Virus record (IMG/VR): IMGVR_UViG_3300046779_001090
Coordinates: 1-35,159 of that record
Source: a virus
Lineage: Duplodnaviria; Caudoviricetes
Strand: one strand, 5' to 3'
Length of the DNA: 35,159 nucleotides
Positions 18,486 to 26,697 of the stretch are shown one piece after another (position 1 is the stretch's first letter; each line of letters starts with the position of its first letter). The position numbers and the translations under genes are program-made. The notes under the pieces were generated by a model. That model had not been told where the DNA came from, searched no databases, and worked only from the letters and a program-made list of their open reading frames with translations.

Positions 18486-18983
18486 ATGCCAGCAGGAGTA
18501 ACAGCGTACACAGCATTAGCCAATGTAACTCTTGGCTCTAGTGCTTCAACTGTAACATTTTCTTCAATTTCTGGAAGTTATCGGGATCTTGTTTTAGTAA
18601 TGCAAGCAACTACAACTGGTACTGCTTTCTCACGTATAAGATTTAACAATGATTCAGGCGGTAACTATTCTTGGGTAACCATGGAGGGTAACGGCAGCAG
18701 TGCACAAAGTAACCAAGGAAATGGTGGAAATAATCTGCCTTTGCCAACTGGTAGCAGCATGGATTCTAGCTCGAATTGGATGAATATTATTCATGTTTTT
18801 GATTACACTCAAACAAATAAAGGAATTTCTGGTTTGATGAGAAGCAATAACCCTTCTGATAGAACTGCCGCTGTTGCCTTTAGATGGGGAGTAACTGCCG
18901 TTATCAATCAAGTTCAATTTATTGGTAATAATCAGCCTTTTGCTGCTGGTTCAACTTTTGCGTTGTATGGAGTGAGTGCATAA
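18486..18983 (+). CDS. tail-tip / receptor-binding protein, paralog 2
   Basis: VTFSSISGSYRDL..RFNND..GNGSS..ALYGV. Confidence 0.6.
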   Translation: MPAGVTAYTALANVTLGSSASTVTFSSISGSYRDLVLVMQATTTGTAFSRIRFNNDSGGNYSWVTMEGNGSSAQSNQGNGGNNLPLPTGSSMDSSSNWMNIIHVFDYTQTNKGISGLMRSNNPSDRTAAVAFRWGVTAVINQVQFIGNNQPFAAGSTFALYGVSA

Positions 18984-19513
18984 TGGCTATGACTTTGATT
19001 AGCACTGTAAGCGTTGGTTCTGGTGGAATTGCTGAAATTACATTTAGCAACATCCCTCAAACTTATACTGATTTATTAATTCTGTATTCAGCAAGAACCT
19101 CATATGCAGCTAATAGTGCTGGCTTAGGTATTATTCCAAACGGAACAGAGTACCCGAATTTAGAGCGTGGGCTTTATGGTTCAGGATCAAGCGTTGTCTC
19201 GACAACTGGGGCATATAGAACTATTGGTGTTATTCCAGGCACTAATTACACATCGAATACTTTTGGAAATGGCAGCATTTATGTTCCGAATTACGCTACT
19301 GCTGGAATTACAAAGATTTTTATTGGTGATTCAATAGCAGAAAATAACGCAAGTGCTTCTAATCAAGCAATTTTAACTGTACGAGCTGCTAATACAAACG
19401 CAATATCTTCACTATCTATTGCAGACTCTACTTCTGGAGCGAATCTTATACAAAATAGTACCGCAAGTCTCTATGGAATACTTAAAGGCTCTGGTGGAGC
19501 CACAGTTTCTTAG
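18983..19513 (+). CDS. tail-tip / receptor-binding protein, paralog 3
   Basis: LISTVSV..ITFSNIPQTYTDL..GSGSS..SLYGILKG. Confidence 0.6.
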   Translation: MAMTLISTVSVGSGGIAEITFSNIPQTYTDLLILYSARTSYAANSAGLGIIPNGTEYPNLERGLYGSGSSVVSTTGAYRTIGVIPGTNYTSNTFGNGSIYVPNYATAGITKIFIGDSIAENNASASNQAILTVRAANTNAISSLSIADSTSGANLIQNSTASLYGILKGSGGATVS

Positions 19514-19527
19514 GATAGGATAATAAA

Positions 19528-19764
19528 ATGACTGATAAAAAATACGTTTTAGAGCACAACTGCGAGACTGGCGAAACTGTCGAGCGAGAGTTTACTGCTG
19601 AAGAATACGCACATGCGGAGTTAGACGCACAAGCGTTTGCTCAGGCTCAGGCAGAGCGTGTAGCCGCAGAAGAAGCACTAGCAACCCTCAAAGCTTCTGC
19701 TAAGGCAAAACTCATTGCTGGTGAGCCTTTAACTGCTGAAGAAGCCGACACGCTAGTTATTTAA
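19528..19764 (+). CDS. small protein, possible tail-fibre chaperone
   Basis: HNCETGETVEREFTAEE plus a helical C-terminus; follows the fibre genes. Confidence 0.5.
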   Translation: MTDKKYVLEHNCETGETVEREFTAEEYAHAELDAQAFAQAQAERVAAEEALATLKASAKAKLIAGEPLTAEEADTLVI

Positions 19765-19799
19765 TACTTTTACCCCTACGCCTGACTGAAAGATAGACG

Positions 19800-20018
19800 T
19801 TGGAGCAAGAGCAGATCCCTACTTGGGCGATTGAACTTATCAAACAGGTTGAACGCCTTAATGAGAAGATACCTACACACGTTGAGTGGGTTGAACGCAA
19901 CCTGAAAGATCACGAGAACCGTATCCGTACTTTAGAACAGTTCCGTTGGATGCTTTTAGGTATGGTTGGTCTTGCCGGTCTCCTTGGTGCAGTTATAACT
20001 AAACTTCTGGGGTTGTAA
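19800..20018 (+). CDS. coiled-coil plus TM protein (XhlA-like lysis accessory)
   Basis: KDHENRIRTLEQFRW followed by a C-terminal hydrophobic helix. Confidence 0.6.
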   Translation: MEQEQIPTWAIELIKQVERLNEKIPTHVEWVERNLKDHENRIRTLEQFRWMLLGMVGLAGLLGAVITKLLGL

Positions 20019-21206
20019 ATGTTGAAAGTCGCTAGATCTTTAGCGGCTACTACGCTGGCCTTCGGTTCTCTTTTTATTGCTTCTCCTGCACAGGCTTCTT
20101 GTGTGACAGTTCAGCAATCTCAAACTATTGCAGCTCTTGACACGGCTACTTCTGAGTCGGTTGTTAGGACTTTAGAAACTTGCGGTGGAGACGACATCTC
20201 TTACCAAGTTCCGCTTACTGTTGATGTGACTTTTGATGGTCAACAATTTTCAAGCGTTTACGCAACCACAAACTCGGTCATTACTTTTGGTAGACCAGAT
20301 AACACTTACTGGGATTACCCTGGCACACCTTCTATAAGCCTTTATTCAATGGACTGGGTTGTGTTCCCAGATCGTGGGGATGAACATCTCATTATTCAAA
20401 CTTCAGACGGTGGTTTCCGTGTTGACATTTCTGCGAGACCTTATGGTTTGTGGAATTATGTGGGCACTGCTCCTACCAGCATTATTATTACCGCCGCTAT
20501 TAACGCTGATGGTACTGTCGCTATTGCTTACGCCTTGAGTGGCCCTGAGTATCAGTCTCGTACTGGTGTGCGTTTGATTGATGGGTCTGTTGTGACTTTA
20601 GAGCAGTATGGGATTGTTCAGGTTGAGGAGCCTATCGTTTTGACTCCTGAGCCTGTCCAGCCAACACCGGAACCGACCCCTGAGCCAACTCCTGAGCCTA
20701 GCCCTGAGCCTACTCAAAGTCCTTCGCCAGAACCCACAGTATTACCACAACCGCCAGTAGTAGAACCAGCACCATACGTCCCTCCTGTCGAACCTACTCC
20801 TGAGCCTACCGTAGAACCTGAGCCGGAACCTGAGCCTTCTGTGCCTGTTGTCGAGCCAACACCTGAGCCTAGCCCAGAGCCTAGCCCTGAACCTGCACCG
20901 GAGCCGACAGTAGAACCAACTCCTGAACCAACAGTCGAGGAAACACTGGCTGTTCTCGCTGAGGAAGCAAAAGCCGATGATCCGGTTGTACCTCAAGAAA
21001 TAGCAGCCATTCCACTGATCGGTAACGCAGCTGTCGCCGTGTTAGAAGCCTTTAACGCTTTGGGCAACATTGGAGCCGACATGACACCTGAGGTTCGTGA
21101 ACAATCAGAAAAAGTTGTTATCTCTGCTGTTATTGCAGGGAACATTGCTACGACTGCTGTGGCGACAGCCTCAGTTTCATCTTCAACTGTTAGGAGAATA
21201 AAGTGA
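20019..21206 (+). CDS. exported Pro/Glu/Thr-rich surface protein
   Basis: Signal peptide ending A-Q-A, beta-rich domain, ~100 aa PTPE/PSPE linker, hydrophobic C-terminus ending RRIK. Confidence 0.75.
   Translation: MLKVARSLAATTLAFGSLFIASPAQASCVTVQQSQTIAALDTATSESVVRTLETCGGDDISYQVPLTVDVTFDGQQFSSVYATTNSVITFGRPDNTYWDYPGTPSISLYSMDWVVFPDRGDEHLIIQTSDGGFRVDISARPYGLWNYVGTAPTSIIITAAINADGTVAIAYALSGPEYQSRTGVRLIDGSVVTLEQYGIVQVEEPIVLTPEPVQPTPEPTPEPTPEPSPEPTQSPSPEPTVLPQPPVVEPAPYVPPVEPTPEPTVEPEPEPEPSVPVVEPTPEPSPEPSPEPAPEPTVEPTPEPTVEETLAVLAEEAKADDPVVPQEIAAIPLIGNAAVAVLEAFNALGNIGADMTPEVREQSEKVVISAVIAGNIATTAVATASVSSSTVRRIK
20643..20932 (+). repeat. degenerate 12 bp coding repeats ([12 protein letters not shown])
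   Basis: Recurrent CCTGAGCC units within the exported-protein gene. Confidence 0.8.
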
Positions 21207-21367
21207 AAGACTTTCTGAATGACATTGTTGGGCAAATTTGGACACTTTTAGGTATGTTCGTTGCTTGGCTTGTTTTGGAGGGATCAGCAAAGACCGTGGT
21301 GGGCTGGTGCATTTTGGGCACTATGGCTGTTTGGGTTGCTACTTATCCGCTTCGCAATCGTGAGTAA
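21203..21367 (+). CDS. small two-TM membrane protein (54 aa)
   Basis: [54 protein letters not shown]; AGGAG RBS; GTGA overlap with the upstream stop. Confidence 0.75.
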   Translation: MKDFLNDIVGQIWTLLGMFVAWLVLEGSAKTVVGWCILGTMAVWVATYPLRNRE

Positions 21368-21377
21368 AATTGTAGAC

Positions 21378-21524
21378 ATGAATCGTTTACCCCGTGCTAA
21401 GGCTGAAGCCGATAAGTGGGTGCGTTGGTGGTTTGCTGATAAGCCAAATACGCCTTTGGAGACGATTGAGAATGCTCGCCGTATTTTCATTGAAAAGTGG
21501 CTAGACAACTACAAGGTAAAATAG
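21378..21524 (+). CDS. hypothetical protein (48 aa, probably leaderless)
   Basis: MNRLPRAKAEADKW...; TAAAAT 7 nt upstream of the ATG. Confidence 0.6.
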   Translation: MNRLPRAKAEADKWVRWWFADKPNTPLETIENARRIFIEKWLDNYKVK

Positions 21525-21528
21525 ACCT

Positions 21529-21984
21529 ATGGCTAATTGGATGCAACCCTTCCCTGACTCTTGCAGGACAGACCCGTTTGGTGTTCACACTGAGGCTCGT
21601 AAAAAGGCTGGTCTTGGCCCTCACCGTGGAACGGATTGGGGTAAAGGCGTAAAGGGTAAATCTATCCCTGCTGTGACTTCAGGCAAGATTGAACTGATCA
21701 CTGAGTCTAAAGGTTTGGGCTGGGTACTTGTCCAGTCAAACGCTAACGGCAAACTATTTATTGGTTACTGCCACTTGAAGTCGAAGCCTACTTGGAAAGT
21801 TGGCGACACTATCAAGATGGGTCAGCGAATTGGCTTTGTAGGCAACACTGGTTCTTACTCTGCCGGTGACCACCTACACGCAACTCTTGGCCCTACAAGA
21901 GATTCTTACTCAAGCGGAAAAGTCTACGATCTACACGCTTACATTGCTAAACACATCGAGGCTTGGAACGCAAAAAATGCTTAA
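21529..21984 (+). CDS. endolysin, M23 peptidase
   Basis: HRGTD (HxxxD), YCHL, GNTG...GDHLH (HxH). Confidence 0.92.
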   Translation: MANWMQPFPDSCRTDPFGVHTEARKKAGLGPHRGTDWGKGVKGKSIPAVTSGKIELITESKGLGWVLVQSNANGKLFIGYCHLKSKPTWKVGDTIKMGQRIGFVGNTGSYSAGDHLHATLGPTRDSYSSGKVYDLHAYIAKHIEAWNAKNA

Positions 21985-22321
21985 ACTTCTAAAAGACATT
22001 GTTATCCGTTTTATTGGTGTAATCCTGTTCGCTTTCATTCCTGGCATGGCTGTTGGTGCTCCGACAGTGGGCTGGTTCTGGGGCGGTATCAATGGTGTGT
22101 TGACTGTTGCAGCTTCTATCGTTGTGTTCTTTGGTGTGCAGTTGGCGTGGGATGCTTCGATTACTCACGATGACATCGAAAAGGGTTTCCGAGCTGCTGT
22201 TGCAAAGCAAGCCGCTGAGAACAAGGACATTGCTGAAGCCGTTGAGACTTCTTCAGAGGACACCATTGACTTTGAGGACATTGGTGATTTAGCCGACTTG
22301 GACGGTCTAGACGAGGACTAA
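21977..22321 (+). CDS. holin
   Basis: Two or three TM segments and an acidic tail, overlapping the endolysin end; likely start ATG 21977. Confidence 0.7.
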   Translation: MLKLLKDIVIRFIGVILFAFIPGMAVGAPTVGWFWGGINGVLTVAASIVVFFGVQLAWDASITHDDIEKGFRAAVAKQAAENKDIAEAVETSSEDTIDFEDIGDLADLDGLDED

Positions 22322-22382
22322 ACCTTGTCTAGATTCTTGCAGTGGGCGATTATTAAACTGCTAAGTTTCCACGCATGGTGGA

Positions 22383-22682
22383 CTAATCGCTAGTTTTGTA
22401 TTTACGCCTTTTTGATTTCATGTCACGGCGATCTTCGGCACTTGTGCCACCCCAAATACCGTAGGGTTGGGCACTGACCACACCATAGGTGAAGCACTCT
22501 TTTAGCACAGGACACGTGCCACAAATGGCTTTGGCTTCTCGTGTCTCAAATTGTCGCTCGTTCCATTTAGGCTGATCTTCTGGGTAGAAGATGTGAGGAA
22601 CTTGCTCGCAGGGCACACCACCTTCATTCTCTATTGCTTTGTATAGGGCAATTAGGAGTCTGTCGTTAGTTGCGGCTGTCAT
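22383..22682 (-). CDS. whiB: WhiB-family Fe-S transcription regulator
   Basis: C..(FYP)..AKAICGTCPVLKEC..GIWGG..RR plus a basic tail; TACAGT -10 box 6 nt before ATG 22682. Confidence 0.95.
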   Translation of the reverse strand: MTAATNDRLLIALYKAIENEGGVPCEQVPHIFYPEDQPKWNERQFETREAKAICGTCPVLKECFTYGVVSAQPYGIWGGTSAEDRRDMKSKRRKYKTSD

Positions 22683-22732
22683 ACCCATACTGTATGTTGA
22701 TGAGTATCCAGTTGTCAAACTGAAAGGGAAAA

Positions 22733-23611
22733 ATGAGAAAAGGTAAAGTTTTTTCGGAGAAGGCAGAGTTTCTTGGCTTCTTTGAGAATCAGTCGCCTGA
22801 GTGGTATGAGATCCGTAAGGGTCGTATTGGTGGGTCTCAGATTGGTGCAGCTTTAGGGTTGTCACCGTGGGAATCACCTATTACTTGTTATTACAAGGTG
22901 CGTGGTGAGATTCCGGATACGGAAGCGTCTACTGCCATGCGTTTAGGTACGTTGTTGGAGGATCCGTTGTTGGAGTTGTTTCAACAAGAGAATCCGATGT
23001 TTGATGTGTTTAAGTCTGGGTCTTACATTTCTAAGTCTCATCCTTGGTTGTTGGCTAACCCTGATGCGTTTTATCGTGACGAGAAGGGTCGTTTGCATCT
23101 GATTGAGGTTAAGACGACAGCAGATTTTTGGGAGTCAGCGTCAGACATCCCACCTAACTACATTGCACAGATTCAGTCGTATTTGTGGTTATTTCAGATT
23201 GAACACGCTACCGTTGTAGCCCTGTGTGGTGGACGCTACAAGACTTTTGATGTGGAGTTTGACCAGTTCTTGGCTGAGGCTAATTTGTCGGCTCTACGCC
23301 GGTTCTGGGATCATGTTGAGGTTGGGTCTCAACCGGCTTGGGATGGTTCTGATTCGACTTATGAGACTATGAGGCGGTTGAAGCCTGAGATTCATGAGGA
23401 CGACATTGAGGAACTTGGTGATTTGGGTATGTATTTGGCTTTGGCAAAAGATGAGTTAGAGGTTGCTAAGAGCAAGTATCAGGAACTACAATCAAGAACA
23501 CTAGAGGCTATGGGCTCTGCTAAGTGGGGGGCGATCAATGATGACATTGTTTTGTTCCGTACTCAGCGTGGTGTTGGTGCACCGTACATTCAATGGAAAA
23601 AGGGAAAATGA
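22733..23611 (+). CDS. YqaJ / lambda-exonuclease-family recombination nuclease
   Basis: WYEIRKGRIGGS, GTLLE, ANPDA, IEVKT, YIAQIQ. Confidence 0.93.
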   Translation: MRKGKVFSEKAEFLGFFENQSPEWYEIRKGRIGGSQIGAALGLSPWESPITCYYKVRGEIPDTEASTAMRLGTLLEDPLLELFQQENPMFDVFKSGSYISKSHPWLLANPDAFYRDEKGRLHLIEVKTTADFWESASDIPPNYIAQIQSYLWLFQIEHATVVALCGGRYKTFDVEFDQFLAEANLSALRRFWDHVEVGSQPAWDGSDSTYETMRRLKPEIHEDDIEELGDLGMYLALAKDELEVAKSKYQELQSRTLEAMGSAKWGAINDDIVLFRTQRGVGAPYIQWKKGK

Positions 23612-23796
23612 TGACATTAAAGAAAGCACTTGCTATGAGTGTGGAGCATTTACTAAAGTGCAATTTAGTTCAAGCAGATTTCAATACAGCAGTGGTCGAA
23701 GATTTGAAAGTGATGCGTGAACGTATTGCTAGATTAGAGGCAATTTTAGATCTTCATGAAGAACGTTATGCAGCTCAAATAAAGAAAGGGAAATAA
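23608..23796 (+). CDS. hypothetical coiled-coil protein
   Basis: AAAGGGAA RBS, ATGA overlap. Confidence 0.6.
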   Translation: MMTLKKALAMSVEHLLKCNLVQADFNTAVVEDLKVMRERIARLEAILDLHEERYAAQIKKGK

Positions 23797-23979
23797 ATGG
23801 AAGAATACACAGTTGGCGAAACAGCCACTATTAATGGAATCACTGGAACTATTGTGGATGTCCGTGAGACAGACATGGAGCGTTTAGTGAAGATGGAAAC
23901 TGATACTAATAAGGTGTTGGTGTTTCGTTTTGTGAAGCGTGAGTTTCGCCCAGGTTTGAACGAATTGAGACTTGGCTGA
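23797..23979 (+). CDS. hypothetical protein (SH3-like beta pattern)
   Basis: GAAAGGGAA RBS; 60 aa. Confidence 0.6.
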   Translation: MEEYTVGETATINGITGTIVDVRETDMERLVKMETDTNKVLVFRFVKREFRPGLNELRLG

Positions 23980-24536
23980 TGGCAAACTTTAACCTTAATG
24001 ATTATGAGACCGTTGAACAGCGTCTCCACCGTGCTTATAAAGACCACCCGCTTATGCGTGTGATTACTAAGAATTTGACTACGCTTCAGGATCGTCAGGT
24101 TTCGACTTGGGTTGTTCAGGCAGAGATTTGGTTGCCTTATCCGGATGACATGGCTGAGGTTGCTTTGCGTTCTGACGGTTGGTATCTGAAAGCGACTGGT
24201 CTTGCGTTTGAAATTGATGGCGTGGGTATGGCTCAAAAGACTGCAGCTCTTGAGACCTGTGAGAGCAGTGCGATTGGACGTGCCTTGGCTAACGCAGGGT
24301 ATTCCGGCAATAAGAGGACTACTCGTGAGGAGATGGCTAAAGCCGAGCGTGGCGTAACACCGGCTCCTGCCCGTGACTGGCTAAAGATTGCTGAAGATCT
24401 GGCTTGGAAAGAAGATCTAGATGGCTTACGTGCTTTGTTTGTTGAAGCGTCTAGACTTAAAGCATCAGAGGACGTTCTGAACAAGATCAAGGAATTAGGT
24501 AATGGACATAAAGGATCTAAGGATTCTGCTAAGTAG
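23979..24536 (+). CDS. single-strand annealing protein (Rad52/ERF-like SSAP)
   Basis: YETVEQRL, ATGLAFE, LETCESSAIGRAL, TREEMAK; downstream of the YqaJ exonuclease. Confidence 0.65.
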   Translation: MANFNLNDYETVEQRLHRAYKDHPLMRVITKNLTTLQDRQVSTWVVQAEIWLPYPDDMAEVALRSDGWYLKATGLAFEIDGVGMAQKTAALETCESSAIGRALANAGYSGNKRTTREEMAKAERGVTPAPARDWLKIAEDLAWKEDLDGLRALFVEASRLKASEDVLNKIKELGNGHKGSKDSAK

Positions 24537-24717
24537 CATTATCGAACTTCGTGAGTTGTACGGCGAATTGGTTAATCCTGCTAATGGGGCTAACGGCACT
24601 ATGGCTGACATTATTCACGAGACTGGTATGGAGCGTCTAGAAAGGGTTGAGAGTGGCGAATACTACTCCGAGTGGGATCATAGAAGAATTACAGAGAATC
24701 CAAGCGGAAGCAGCTAA
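24502..24717 (+). CDS. hypothetical protein
   Basis: 71 aa ORF with an AAGGA RBS, overlapping its neighbours. Confidence 0.5.
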   Translation: MDIKDLRILLSSIIELRELYGELVNPANGANGTMADIIHETGMERLERVESGEYYSEWDHRRITENPSGSS

Positions 24718-24997
24718 GGGTGTTGGTGCTTTGTATGACGCTGAGGTGAAGTTGGCTGATGCTGAAGCAAAGTATGAACGTACTTTGGCTTTGACGTTCA
24801 TGGAGACCACTGATGGCACTGTGAAGGATAAAGAGGCTATTGCTAAGTTGAAGTCGGCTGATGATAAGTTGGCGGCTGATTTGGCTAGGGCTGAATACAA
24901 CCGGATAAAGTTGAAGTTGAAGCAGTTGGAGTTGGCTCAGATGAGCACTCAGACTATTGCTCGCATGATTGAAACGGAATTAAAGGTTCTTCGCTAA
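24647..24997 (+). CDS. helical coiled-coil protein (possibly UvsY-like recombination mediator)
   Basis: All-helical 116 aa in the recombination cluster; start uncertain. Confidence 0.45.
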   Translation: MRVANTTPSGIIEELQRIQAEAAKGVGALYDAEVKLADAEAKYERTLALTFMETTDGTVKDKEAIAKLKSADDKLAADLARAEYNRIKLKLKQLELAQMSTQTIARMIETELKVLR

Positions 24998-25128
24998 TGT
25001 GGCTTTTGGTGTTGTGGATTGCAGCTCTCATAGTTGGTATGTGGGCTACAACCGCATCTTTTCTCGCTTTTTTGTTTTGGTGCGAGATGAAAGTCATAGA
25101 AGTATTTGGTGAAGTAGATGATCTCTGA
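24997..25128 (+). CDS. small membrane protein (43 aa)
   Basis: MWLLVLWIAALIVGMWATTASFLAFLFWCEMKVIEVFGEVDDL; TAATG coupling. Confidence 0.55.
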   Translation: MWLLVLWIAALIVGMWATTASFLAFLFWCEMKVIEVFGEVDDL

Positions 25129-25333
25129 AGCGTGTTCGTGCGGGGCTAGTTTCCAGGCTGAACGGTCTGACGAGATTAAGTTGTTGAATCAGTGGCGTTC
25201 TAATCACAAGTGTCGCTCTGAGGGCAATCTTGCCATTATTGATAGTTCACGAGTGGAGACCGCCCCAGTTGGGTTTATGGCTACGGGTTTAGTTGATCCT
25301 GCGAGGAGTCCGGAGCCACCGTGGGAAGAATGA
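25118..25333 (+). CDS. hypothetical Zn-binding protein
   Basis: CSCG...WRSNHKC. Confidence 0.55.
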   Translation: MISEACSCGASFQAERSDEIKLLNQWRSNHKCRSEGNLAIIDSSRVETAPVGFMATGLVDPARSPEPPWEE

Positions 25334-25668
25334 GTCAGAAGCAGTGGGCTAAGTTCCTAGAACGGGATCTGGAGTGCCTACACTGCGGAACAAACGATAA
25401 TACTCTAGTACCGCAGCACCGGTCTAACAGGGGCATGGGCGGCTCTCACAAGAAGGACAAGCCGTCTAACATTATTGTTTTGTGCTCTTGGTTTAACTGT
25501 CAGATTGAGATGAGTGCTGAGGCTGCACGGCTCGCTAAGGGTATGGGCTGGAAGCTGGAGAACTGGCAAGACGCTGCGGCTATCCCTGTTTGGCAGAATG
25601 GCAAGTGGTATTTACTAGATGATGATTTTGGTAAAACTGAGTTGCCAAATTACGACTATCATTACTAA
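25330..25668 (+). CDS. HNH endonuclease-like protein
   Basis: RDLECLHCG..QHR..RGMGGS..NIIVLC..N. Confidence 0.75.
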   Translation: MSQKQWAKFLERDLECLHCGTNDNTLVPQHRSNRGMGGSHKKDKPSNIIVLCSWFNCQIEMSAEAARLAKGMGWKLENWQDAAAIPVWQNGKWYLLDDDFGKTELPNYDYHY

Positions 25669-25687
25669 ACTGTAAAAAAGGGGAATT

Positions 25688-26344
25688 TTGCTAGATCTAT
25701 TTACGGAAAAAAATAAAACATCTGCGTTTGCAGATTATGAAGTTATGGCAATACCAGCCTTAATTGGTAAAAAGTTCATTATTGAAAATCACTATTCAAA
25801 GGGTGTGCACAATGGGCCTATGTGCTTTGGTCTTTTAAAAGACGGAGAATTACAAGGGGTTTGTGCATTTGCTTCTCCAAGTTCTGAAAATGTAAGATCC
25901 AGTATTTTTGGCGAAGAATTTAAAGGCTCAGTAACAGAACTTCACAGATTGGTTTTATTGGATGAAGTACCTAAAAACGCTGAATCGTTCTTCATTGTTC
26001 GTGCCTTAAAAGAATTAAAAAAACAAAGACCGTACTACAAAGCAGTTATTAGTTTTGCAGACCCAACACAGAATCATTTAGGCATCATTTATCAAGCGAC
26101 AAACGCTATCTACTGTGGCACAAGTAGCCCTGCCACGTTCTATTTAGACGAGGATGGAAGATTACGCCACCCACGACAAAATGGCAAAAACATAACCGCT
26201 TCAATAGCAAAATCTTACGGATGGACTCCAACAAAACGACAAGGTAAACATAGATACGTCTATCTAATAGCGGAGAATAAAACAGAATTGAAAGAATTAA
26301 AAAGACTATTTAAGTTGGAAAGTTTGCCATATCCCAAAAGGTGA
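25688..26344 (+). CDS. mom: Mom-family (GNAT) DNA adenine-modification protein
   Basis: FIIENHYS, ELHRLVL...KNAESFFI, ISFADPTQNHLGIIYQATN match the Mom-like signature; AT-rich relative to neighbours. Confidence 0.8.
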   Translation: MLDLFTEKNKTSAFADYEVMAIPALIGKKFIIENHYSKGVHNGPMCFGLLKDGELQGVCAFASPSSENVRSSIFGEEFKGSVTELHRLVLLDEVPKNAESFFIVRALKELKKQRPYYKAVISFADPTQNHLGIIYQATNAIYCGTSSPATFYLDEDGRLRHPRQNGKNITASIAKSYGWTPTKRQGKHRYVYLIAENKTELKELKRLFKLESLPYPKR

Positions 26345-26352
26345 CCTATAAT
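26324..26352 (+). promoter_or_regulatory. sigma70/SigA promoter
   Basis: TTGCCA (26324-26329), 17 bp, TATAAT (26347-26352). Confidence 0.8.
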
Positions 26353-26358
26353 CAAATC

Positions 26359-26680
26359 TTCAAGCAGAGGTTCTTAAACCGTCAGACTGCTATAAAACTG
26401 GCTCTCGCTTCACAAGCGGAGATACTGGGCGTTAGAGGCCGTCAGTTTGGCATACCCGACACAGTGAAGCCTTAGATTTGGGTGAAAGTTTCTGAGAGTG
26501 GAACAGAGTTTAGTTGGCGGTGCTACTTCGTATCTACCTAGCATCCTTGCAGTTGGCTAAACACATGGCGTAGATAGTCTTACCCGTGAGGATAGACCCA
26601 TTAGAAAACCTGACAGTCCTTATACCTGTGGTTTGAGATGGTCGTCTAGGCCATTTCTACCCTCTTGAGCCTTTCCCTGT
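26359..26680 (+). ncRNA. putative large structured non-coding RNA
   Basis: ORF-free, directly behind a consensus promoter; about 10 nested helices with G-U pairs and a 7 bp pseudoknot (TATCTAC 26531-26537 / GTAGATA 26570-26576). Confidence 0.7.
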
Positions 26681-26697
26681 GATTACGCTACGCTTGT

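Noticed and set aside
17923-19513. Diversity-generating retroelement acting on the tail paralogs
   Set aside because: No reverse transcriptase and no near-identical TR/VR nucleotide repeat pair seen.
21261-21377. N-terminal part of the 87 aa ORF 21261-21524
   Set aside because: It overlaps a better-supported membrane ORF (21203-21367) with an AGGAG RBS; the real start is probably 21378.
22683-22877. N-terminal extension of the WhiB ORF (164 aa version)
   Set aside because: It overlaps the divergent exonuclease gene; a -10 box supports the start at 22682.
26359-26680. tRNA, tmRNA, group I/II intron or retron msr-msd
   Set aside because: No cloverleaf or TTC T-loop pattern, it does not interrupt a gene, I could not identify intron core motifs, and there is no reverse transcriptase in the window. 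A covariance-model search is needed to exclude these formally.
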